Source: Veleropilina oligotropha (Eukaryota). From it: a stretch of 64,000 nucleotides of DNA. Made by a program: the position numbers and the translations under genes. Shown one piece after another: positions 42,901 through 54,900 of this stretch. The stretch covers positions 310,001 to 374,000 of the forward strand of contig JBEUKZ010000008.1 of the NCBI GenBank assembly GCA_048128005.1. Reading direction: 5' to 3'. Each line of letters starts with the position of its first letter. The first letter of the stretch is position 1. The notes under the pieces were generated by a model that was not told the DNA's origin, made no database searches, and saw only the letters and a list, made by a program, of their open reading frames with translations.

Positions 42901-45900
42901 CGTGAAGGTCACCATCAAACTCATCTTGGGGGATATATTCACATGAATACTGTTCAAATTTGAGAAAGGTTTTCTGTCGATATCCAACGTAAAGATAATA
43001 ATTGAGTATAGACTATTTGAGCGTAACTTTCCTGTACATCAGTCATCTTTTATGAGCAAATACTGTAAAATAATGCGAGGTAGAAATTAATGCGAAAAAT
43101 GCGACTATCCGTCGGACGCATTAATTTAAATACGCATTTTCGTTTTATGCAGAATGGTCAAAATATCGTGATATATCTCTCAATATGTTATACGTATCTG
43201 GTTCAATTAAGGACAGACTCCAAATGAAGTGTTGGGCAATTTGTTAAGCTTAGTAATTAAAGGGACAGGATCTGCTTCAGATCGCTAAATATTATTAAAT
43301 ACCATTTAATCTAACACTTTCTGTATGTATTCACTGTCTATAAACTTAGGATGGTTTACATATTACCGCATTCTGATAATAAATGGACATTTAATTAAGT
43401 GATTTTTATTTAAATTTTGAATAAAAAACGTACTCCTTTTAATCAAAATTTAAATAAAAATCACTTTTAATTAAATGTCCATTTTTTTCAGAATGCTGTA
43501 ATATGTGAACCATCTTAAATTTAGACATTGAATACATACCGAAAGTGCTAGATTAAATGGTATTTAATAATATTTAGCGATCTGAAGCAGACCCTGTCCC
43601 TTTAAGCTATAATTTGTAAACCACAGTTCAATCAGTCCTTTCAAACAAAACAAGAGCATTTGCCAATTGTATGAATTGATCTTCAACAATACTGCTTTCT
43701 TTCAGGCTTTTTTAACTCCATTACGATTTTCTTTTGATGACATCGAACGAGATAGATTGCTATTTTTTCTTTACACATTGTATTGCTGCCACATTTGACT
43801 CTAGATTGCCATATGCAGAGTGCTGATACCTGTACTGAAGTTACAAATTTAAAGTACATTTATGAGGACAGGCGTTGTGGTGATGTAATCTAAGTATTAT
43901 TGAGATGCCACAGAAATTGACTTTTCCCCAAATTGACGATTCGCATTAATTTCAACACACATTTTTGCTTGTATCTGACCCTCACATTATTTTCAATGCG
44001 CATTCATTTCTGTTTCTACAGTATATTGTATTTGATTTGGCTCACCAAAGTTTATCAAGGCCACATATTAATGACAGGCATTTAAAGGTTTTATTATTTA
44101 TATGTACTATTGGCATTTGACAAGCCTCAAATTTGAAATTTATTTCGTGTCCTGATAGGTGTGCGACCCTCAGTTACCGTGTCCCCAATTCGCTTGGAGG
44201 AACCTGTGGGTTCAACAGCCATATTCTCCTGTCGTGTGGAAGGCAAGGGACCCTTCAATATCGTGTGGACCCGTGCAGACAGCAACCCCTTGCCCGCTCG
44301 GAGCTACGTGGGCACGTCTCCAGGCTATGAGTTGACGATTCCTGACCTCGTGGCGACTCACAGCGGGACCTACGTGTGTATTGCAACCAATGCACATGGT
44401 AGTGCGAGGGCTTATTCAGAACTGTATGTCGGTAAGTACAAGCCTGCTTTATAAAGCACCACATTGCTGGTAAATACAATGACATGTTGGTCAAGACTTA
44501 TTACGTACTGTTTGATATACCCCACCGGTAGCTGCTTTGTAAGACCAGGTGTGGGTTCAAAGTCTCTCGTCTTTTTATTGTCACCCATACAAGTCACTAT
44601 AACTCTCTGTTTAGGTCAAGGCCTGAGAGTGCGAGTTGAAGAACCCAAGAACGCTAACGTTGAGGAGGGTGCCAGCGTGCGGTTCATCTGCATCGGGACA
44701 GGGCAGGTTAGCGGATCGAGTGTAGGTGGAAGCATGGCATGGGGCATGCTATTTCTATCTTCTAATCTAGATAAGTTATAACTATTATCTAAGAATAAAA
44801 CAATTATATGTAAATTAGTGACAGCACATTAAGCTACAGTTTCAATTACACCTTTCTGAAACAAATTATTCACAATTGACATATAGAAAATATGTTGACT
44901 TTTTCCTTTTACTTTGTATTACGTATGACATCGCAGACGTGTCGCCTGGTTGTGTGGAGTGGATTCGAGTGTGCCCCCAAATGCAATATCTGACTGCTCT
45001 GTTTCACAAAGAGTGCGTTCAATTCCTCTGCGGGGCACTTTGTGAAGTTAATATATACGGTTGGCCATAACTGACAATTGCGAGCAGGTCTTTGGTGTAA
45101 ACAGGCTTTCATCCTGCGTTTATATCAATATGATCCTGTAAGATGTTACATGGAGATTACGCATTGATCCAAACCACCCGAAACAAAAGAGTAAATTAAT
45201 GCAGACTGGACTGCTGAATAATGTCATTTGATTGCATATTATTATAGTGACTTCATTGCTTATGTATTAAGAGCAGCTTTTGAGGGATTATTGTAAAAGC
45301 AGGTAAGATAAGATCAAATCGATTGTTATCCGCATGTGTATCTACAGAAGTCTCTCTTTTCTTCAAAGAATTATAAGCATGTCTTCGTTTTAATACTTTT
45401 GAGTCAGAACTATCGATTGACTTCTGTTGGTACAGTCTACGTTTCTGTTGAAAGTGTGGTCTCTTTTCTTTTGGTTGAATTTTCTTTTACGTGGTAACTA
45501 TGTTACGAGTTTTGAAATCTTTCTTCTAAAAATTAATATTTTCTTCTCTTTGAATGTAATTTTCTGAATTCAAATGCTGTTTCTTTAGTAATCATTAATA
45601 AGTCCTGTTTCTAATTGTAACTTCATAAGTGAAGGTATAGCATGCCTTCGATCACTAACGTAATCTAGAATATAATTTTCCTCATTGGTAAAATATGGAA
45701 CTATGTACTTATAGCCTGTGATTTGCATACTGAAGTGTCTTCTGAATTAAATGGGCCGATTCGGTAGCGCAGTGGGTAGAGTGTCCACTCTAAATTCACT
45801 GGCTTGTTTCCGCTGACGCGAACAGTAGTGGGATCGACCCCCGGCTGAGGCAGCACACATTTGTTCAAGTTATGAAGCACAGTTGTCCGTGACTGGCCGA

Positions 45901-48900
45901 AGAGGGCGGGTTTACCCGGCAACCGGGGTTTCCTCCCGCGATAACAAGGACATGTCCTGCCTTGAACCTCGATGTTATAAATATACAGGACATTAAGCAT
46001 AATTCCTCCTCCTCCTGAATTAAATGAATAAATTTAAATCATACATGTTGGTTCATGTTGTATTGTAATGATATGAAAACTTTTTAAATTTAAAATCATA
46101 GAAACAAGATATACTGTAATATTTTCCTATAGTGTATACTGATAGTGTATAAGATAATAAAATGGCTTCAGTTCATTCGCCTAGCTGCTCGGATTTACAG
46201 GATCGGAGTTGATTTCTCTGTTTGACACGAAGTACAATCAACAGTCACTGGTGTCCATAACTGTCCACACCGTATTAGTGGGTGGCAAATACGAGATGCT
46301 AAGCATCCATACAATGCAAAGCCCATCTATATTCATTAATGTAGAATTATGCCACTAATATTCCCTGTGCATACGTAGATAGCTACTCATATCAGTTTTT
46401 TGTAAACTATGTCATATGTATGTAGACATTCAAAGTTTTGTTTTAATGTAGTAGGATGTTTAATATGCTCAGTCTAACAACAGAATGTATCTAGTAGTGT
46501 GTTAGAAGAATGCAAGAGACTAACTTGACATTTTCACCTGTGGTAATAGTATAGTATATTTACTGTACCCCAGCTTAACTCTAGAGATTATCTAGTAGTC
46601 GTATCAAACAGTTGTGCTATTGTGAAGTGTAGTAGGCGTTTGTGTCAGTAGGATTGATTGTGGTGTTGTTATTTGATTGTCTGTATGGATTTATATTATC
46701 TTGTTTTTTTAATTAAACAGAAAGCTTGTTTCGTATGTCAGATAATACAGCCTGTATGTGCTTGGGTTTTTTTGGTGCGCTTTCATCCATACAAATCTGG
46801 TACTATTAATATTGGAGCGTTTGCGCATAAACCACAAAGCAGATTGCTTCTTTTAATATATCCAAACAAGGATGAGCTTTCTTCGGAAAACCAATTTAGC
46901 TTTCACAGCAACTTCATGAGTATATATTGGCCGCACTGGTCGCCGAGTCGTTAAGAGCATGGGCTCTCAATTCAATTCCTTGAATATTCTGTTTTACCGA
47001 ATTAGGTTTGAATCCTCAGCTGGGCACTTTGTTTAGGTATCAGTAAAAGTTATCCATAGCTTTGCCAGGCTTTTCTCCCGCGATGAAATGGCCATGTCCT
47101 GGTATGAGCGCGAATGGTGTTAAAACGGGGCATCAAACCAAATCAAACACCGTCGAAGTATGAGGAGAATCATGGCACCCCTTGCTTTTCATCGACTTTA
47201 ATTATATTAAGCATATTACTGAAATTTGTTTATTTTTATGGATTTTATGATATTTGCAATGGAAATTACTATATGATGTAAAAGCACGTAAATCTGGAAA
47301 AAAAACATTCGGTTTCTGTCTGCACAAAGAGAGTCCAGTTTGAAATCCATGTTGAACATGATGCCGGTGTCATCTAGCATCATTATGCTTGTTGAAAATT
47401 GTGGTCAGAGAATAAATGCGATGTTGACCAAGGAACCTGCGTAGTCTGTATTTATTCTAGGTGTAAATTTTTGGGTTGTCATTTGTGTTATATTTTGCAA
47501 TAAGATGATCTCTTTTACCTATTTTTGATGATATTGATTTTGTTTGAAGGACACTTATATCTTGTCGTGGAGCAAAGATGGCGGCACGTTGCCTAGTCGT
47601 GCCGTGGATCAGAATGGCGTGCTTCTTATACCAAATGTCGGAGTAGAGGACGCCGGAACATACATCTGTACTGGCTCCAGCCCCTTCCGAGTTGAATCGG
47701 ATACAGCTACACTCACAGTCGGAGGTATGGGAGGTGTTGCTAAGGTGCTGTTAGAAATAAGACCAATTTACTGCAATATAGACCTGTGTGCAAAATCTGA
47801 CACTGAACTTCTTCATTGTGTTATATGATTACTGCCTGACTGACGTTTAGATATATAGATATTTATTTTCCTTTTACAAGGTATTGATATATACACACAT
47901 CAAGTTACGGTCTTTAAATATATTCTCACTGAATGTTGCATTATTAATATTATCATGGAGAAATTCATTTTGTAATGACGTCAAAATCATTACGTATGTG
48001 GATGTAGTCGATTGGTGATTTGACATCTGTGATATGCAGCTGTTATTTCTAATGTTTTGGTTTAAACAGTATTTATTTTGATAACTATATACACAATAAT
48101 TTACATCAATATTGATTACGAGATTTGGCAACAAGTAAATGTTATTAGTAGGTTGTAATCAAGTGGTATTTAGAGTGATATTGTGATTTTAGGTTAAAAA
48201 CATATGGTATTGATAAACACGTTTTCTCCATGCAGATATAATCTGATCATATTTCTTTGTAGTTTTGAATGAGCAACCCACTATTGCGATCTCGCCTCGC
48301 TATTTGAGGGTGAAGGAGGGAGAACCCGTGATGTTTACTTGCACGGCGACCGGTTTGCCAACGCCATCTCTAGAGTGGAATCGAGGTGGTGGTGGTGAAC
48401 TCAGCACGGAGTCCTCATTCACAAACGGAGTGTTCCGAATTCCCACAGCCAGGAGAACGGATGAAGCAGAGTACTACTGCAAGGCCACGAACGTGGTCGG
48501 CATGGCGACTGTCAGAACCATTCTCTATGTTGTGAGAGGTATAGAAGAAAAGATAAATCTTGTAGGAACAGACAAAACCCAAGATCTGTTATTTCGATGT
48601 CAGATTTTGATCACTAATATAGTTTCAACTTATCCTCGCAGTTGCATGTTTTCAAGTCATATATTCATATTTGCTGTCTTGATTTTTTTCAATCCTAAAC
48701 ACAAATTAAATGTGCTGCAAATTATTATTTAATAGTGAATAAGGTCAGATTGTTATGACAAATCAAATTGTAATGTAGGTTGTAGTTGGTAGCTGTAGTA
48801 CACTACATTAATTGGGTTGATGTTGGCCTCTAGCTACTGTTTCCGTATTGCAGACACAACAATTATCGAAGTGGACATCATTATTCGCCAGACGTCGGTT

Positions 48901-51900
48901 GTGGTGACGGCAGGCTCTGTGGCCCGATTGGAATGCTACGTGCGGGAGGGTGGAGATGTGATATTAATTTGGACGCGACAGCAGAGAAGCTTGCCACCAG
49001 GTATATGTTTGAACATGAACACTGTTGAACAAGTATTGAAAATTCAACGTAAATTGGACTAAACAAGAGACCCGTGATTTTATGGCACAGGGATGAAAAC
49101 ACCACGCCAGGCATTGACAAATTCAGCCACACAGCTGTTTGTGTCATCACCTGGCACATATAAAGATAATAAGATTTACAGCAGTATATTTAGTATTATT
49201 TAAGCAAAAGCATCAGATAAATTATGGATTTTACGCATAGTTAATTGTCCTTATACTCAATAATGGATGACATTACAAATAAATTATTTTTTGCATAATA
49301 ATTATGCATGCACTAGTTGCTTTACAACTCAGCTCAGTATTGTATTCTTCATAAATTTTTCCAGGATCCAGCCAGGATAATGGTATCCTGACAATTCCGA
49401 ATGTCCAGCCGTCTTACAGTGGCACATACGTGTGCACTGGAATCGTCCCAAGTGGTATAGTGTCCACGGCAACGGCAACGCTGACAATTGAAGCAGGAAC
49501 CATCAGTAAGAATAAACAGTTGTGTGTTTGGAAAAGGGGATTAGAAAAACATTGGTCTTCATGTATCAGCTAGGGATATTTGATTTCAAACTAGCAGGCG
49601 CATGTTTGATAATATCTGTCTCAACTGTTAAATATCAATAATTTTAAACAAGTGGCACAATCATATATCCTTTTGGTGTGAAATTCATGTATTTTATATA
49701 TGGGATTTTGATATCAAATGTATCTTGTTGATAGAATGCATCATGCATATGTAAATCTTTGAAATATGCAATTATTGTATCCCCGGACAATAGCCGGGGA
49801 TAGTATGGTTTAGTCAGCATTCAGCTGCCGCCGCAGAGATTTCTTGCGTGTGCTCTACCGTGAAAAGGTCTAATACGATTTGATTCAAATTTGGTATGCA
49901 CTTTAATTATGATGAGGACATGCCGCCTAACGATTTTCGTCGGTTTAGGATTCAAGATGGTCGCTTTGGTGACCATTTTCTTTGACGAGATTTCTTGTGC
50001 GCGTTTTACAGTGAAAAGTTCTAATTATTATTTGATCGCACCAGTAGTGGGATGGATAAGCTTGCAGGCCTTCAATTCAATCCGTTATTAACAAGAGTGA
50101 TCTTTAATCCACAACAGGGCGCTTGCTCCAGCTAACAGTCATAGTTGTCGATAACAGGTTTTCTTGTAGGCTTTTAAGTTTACTGTCATTATTATGATAT
50201 GCAACCGATGTCATCAAATTACTAAATGTATGTATAATACTACGCTGGAGTAGGAATTTACTTTGATGTATTTTTTATGCAGACGAAAGACCTACCGCAA
50301 CGATAGAGCCTGGCAGACAGACGGTGAATGAGGGCACAACCGGGACACTGCGATGTATCGTGACTGGGGTCCCGCGACCAACCGTCATATGGTCGCGTCC
50401 AAGGAATGAGCTCTCATCAAATCACCAGGTATAAACTGGTCAATACCTTATAACTCCATTGGGTTATTTTCATGTGTTATCCTATTGTCGAAAAATTACT
50501 TATAATTGTATCCCCAGACAATAGTCTGAGATGGTATGGTTTAGTCTTCGATCAACCGCATCCGCCACAGATATTTCTTGCGAAAAGTTCTTATATGATT
50601 TGATTCAAATTTGATATGCACGTTAGTTATGATGAGGACATGCCGCCTCACGATTTTTATTGTCATGGTAGTGTAACAGAGTGGTGTAGTGTATTAATGT
50701 TGGTTTGTATGACCAAATATTGCGTTTGCGATAGAAAACAACAAAAATACTTGTGAGCGGACGGAAATCATATCTATTCATTAGTGAATTTGGATGTGCT
50801 TAAAAATTAGCTAGGCAGACCTCATTCGTGATGCAATGTAAAGAGGCTGATTGGATTTAAATGTTTGAGTTCAAGCCTGATTGAAAACACTTTGGATTTA
50901 TCAATGATGGTACTCCATAATTGTAATGAGTGGGTTAATCAGATAAGCTAGGCTTTCCTCTTGCTACTATGAGTTTTGTCAACATTACTAAAGCTGTTTG
51001 CTTATTCGATAAACTCTAAAGCAATCAAAATTAAGTATACCGTACCTTAAACTTATTGTGCAATATTTTTTATTCACAGACATCATGACCACAGAATTCT
51101 GTATTTACTTGCCAGCTACCTTATAGCGGTGAATGGACATTATAATCATTATAATTAAGCATTACGAATAAATCTTTTGAGTTATGATGCGTTGTTGCTC
51201 AACGGTTGGTATAGCTCGTATATGCTTGTGTAATTTATCGTCAGGTAAATGGAGAGATCCTCCGCATCATCAAGGCCACAATGGCCGATCGCGGAGTGTA
51301 CGTATGTCGTGCTGAAAGCGTCGCTGGACGTGCGCAAGCACATGCCATTGTGGAAGTGGAGCGTGAGTATACGGCCAGACTTGGAAAGTAAAATGTGTCT
51401 CTATCTGTATAAAAACTTTGCTGGTCCCAATTCTTGTATATGAACAAATTATGCCTGCGACATTAGTATTGCATAATTATGACTGCTACTATTTATTATT
51501 AACTCTTATTGACTGCTCTGTTCTGTGTCATTCTGTTAGAATATGCTGTTGTCCATGAATGCATACGGTTGTAGCTTGTCCGTGGATGTTAGAACAGATT
51601 TTAAAACATGCAGGAGAAAGTCTTTTTATGATATATTTTAATTATGCGTCCTATAATTTAGTTTCTTAATTATATGAAGTATAATTATTTTGCAGGCCGA
51701 AGTTTGCCAAAGATTGACATACAGCCCATGACAACACAGACTATTAGAATGGGCGGCAGTGCACTGTTTCAGTGCCGCGTGATGGACGGAATGCCGCAAC
51801 CGATCGCGGTATGGACAAGGTATGCATTCATCACAGTGAAAATATAAGGAGTTTGCAACAGTTCATAATCCTATAATCCTAAACCAGTTTTCCTTTTATT

Positions 51901-54900
51901 CACACATGTACCTGCAGGTTTGGTAGTTTTCAATCTTGTCCTGATATATACGAATGTGCTTATTTTAGTGAAACGATTAATACTACTGGAATAAGACTGT
52001 TATCCAGAGAATTGATAACATCATGTGTACTATATGCCAATTGTTAATCAAGCAACATCATTAAACGTTAAATATTGTACACTTGGCAACTCCGCATTAA
52101 GGCTATTCCATTTAAACTTGTATACCACCCAAGAGCGACAGCGTAATTGTTAATTCCAGGGTGGTTGGTATAAAAAAATATTACAATTTGAACAAGTTAT
52201 TGCACAATATTTTTCAGGAAGGAAATTTGATTTTAAAAGCAATGCACGTTCGTGCAGACCTGAAATGTACATATTTCTACACACCATATTAAAAACACAG
52301 GGTGGTTACCCAATAACATTTATATTTTATTATTGAACGGTGTGTGGCACAGAGTTAAAAAATTCATTATTGAGGCAGGTTGTAGCTAACAATTTGCTGT
52401 TATTGAAGAAGATTCTACTAGGGTAAAATTGTTGACAGTGGTTGGTCATGCATTTTTTGACCACCCTGGGGGGGGGGGGGGGAGACGAATTTAAAATGAA
52501 GAGCCCTTAACAAAAGCAGGATAATACAATGATCATTAGAACACAGTTTGCATTCTTCATCACGGCCCATATCATTGGGATATCCTTAGCAATCAATATG
52601 CATATTTTATATTTTAGGGCAGGCAATGAGCAGTTTACCTCCAACACTAAGACGATGGATAATGGCGTCATTATGATTGAGAGAGTCACAGGCCCTGAGC
52701 AGGGAACGTACATCTGCACCGCCACGAACGAAGTGGGGACAATATCGGCATCCGCAACTCTGGTCATAACAGGTGAGAGGTGTAATATCCGCAGCACTCG
52801 TCATAACAGATGAGAGGTGTTAATATCCACAACACTCGTCATAACAGGTGAGAGGGGTTAATATCCACAGCACTCGTCATAACAGGTGAGAGGTGTAATA
52901 TCCGCAGCACTCGTCATAACAGATGAGAGGGGTTAATATCCACAACACTCGTCATAACAGGTGAGAGGGGTTAATATCCACAAAACTCGTCATAACAGAT
53001 GAGACAGAATAATGTCTGCAATACTCATCGTAACATGTGAGAGGGGATAATACCCATATCCACAGAGTGAAGCTGCTCTCGGATGACTCCTCATAACAGG
53101 AGGGGTACCCACAGTCAATGATAAAAATCATATCACGGAAGGTGATGAAACATTGTCATTCTTCCAAAAAATCATCGTGCAGCTGTGATGACTGACTCGT
53201 GTTGTCGAGACACAAAATTGAATGGATCAATCCAAGCCTACAATTTAAGAAATAAATAATACACTGTCAACCCGAGCGATATATACACATAACAGACCAA
53301 TCAGTTGAATTGAGAGCGAGGTTGTTATGTTTATGTCGCTGAAGGTGTCAGCTGTTATACACACTCTGAAAATGTATTGTAAATTGCAGGCTTTCACCCC
53401 TTTAAATATTCAATTGCCCACCATAACGCGCTCATGGGGTGATATGAGAAATAGACTCTTTCATTGCAGGCCTGCACAAATTGAATTTTTGCGTAACCCG
53501 TTTGTGGGTTACACCAAATAGTAGTTGCGTAACCTATATTATTTTCAATTCATTAATAATACTTTATATATATAATTGCTAATATTGTTGGTAATAAATT
53601 GTATAATTGATGTATTTTTTTATTAATAATTATTTATTTTTTAAAATGGGTTAAAGAAACTTCAAATAAAATTATAAATTCAAATTTAATTTATTAATTT
53701 TTATCTCAATTTTATAATTGATCCAACGTGTCACCACTGATTGAGAATTTTCACTTGTACAGTATTGAGGTAACATGGAAAATGTTGCAGTATAAAATAT
53801 ATTATGTACGTTTAAATATAGACCAAATTCTATATTTATAAAAGCAATTCCATTATTGTGTTATAATAATGTAATATTTTAATGAATTTAGTGAGAAATA
53901 CGTCGTATTCAATAATGTCTGACATGTCTTGTAAAATAAAATATCGCAGAAGCATCCTGGAGCCAACACAGCTTTGGTTGCAGCAAACTGGGAATTCCCA
54001 GTTACTATTTTTAGAATAATTCAGGGACACAAATCTGTCATGATTTATAATATGTGAACACCGTAGCACATGTTCTGCAGTGTCAGAATTCAGAACTTTT
54101 CGAAGATGTAAACAATTAGATTCTTGCCATGCTTTGTTTATACAATTTTAAAAGTAGTGTATTGCGGCTTCAGCCATAGCAACATTCGTTACGTGACAAG
54201 GTAAATATCTATTGAATTGAATAAACTGAAATTGCGTATTAACTGAAATTTTGCGCGAATGAAAATTGGGTTACGCAACATTGCATTTTCGCGAGCTTCA
54301 GGCGAGCTGAACGATCGTTCGCGCAATTTGTGCAGGCCTGCATTGACAAGTTGTCAAATTCCTTTGTCACTCAATTTAGTCTATCCAGCGAGCCGAATTA
54401 ACCATTAGGCTATTAACACTAGGAGGCCTATTGTTCAAATAACCATCCCATGGTGTGTATTAAGAGATCTCATTTACAGAAAAATTGCCAGATTTTTACG
54501 TGCATTGAACAAACCCTGAATGGCCATGTTTTTTTCAGGGCCTCCCAAAATATTGATCAGTCCAAGTCGGTTAATCCGTGTCGAGGAAGGTCAACGTGTC
54601 TCGGTCGAGTGCATGGCAGAAGGTGACCCGACTCCTAATGTCGGCTGGAAAGAAGTACATCGCGCATCAGGAATACAAGAACTTGGTGATCCTGTTCGCG
54701 GCCAGTTGGGGTCAGCATTCCTGGAATTCAATTCCATCCGCCTCTCTGATGCCGGGACGTACACCTGTTGGGCCCGCAATGATGGCGGTGGAGTTGAGCA
54801 AGATATCGTGATCCAAGGTTTGTTATCGCACGGCTTTATTTTGGTGCAATAAAATGGGGAGATGGCAACGTTCCATATGAGGTCTCTCGATAATGAAATA

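Noticed and set aside
45754..45850. tRNA gene
   Set aside because: A/B boxes are present but there is no proper cloverleaf; it is the head of a TSD-flanked SINE
52763..53050. 37-bp repeats superficially like a CRISPR array
   Set aside because: Units are contiguous with no unique spacers, there are no cas genes, and the context is a eukaryotic intron
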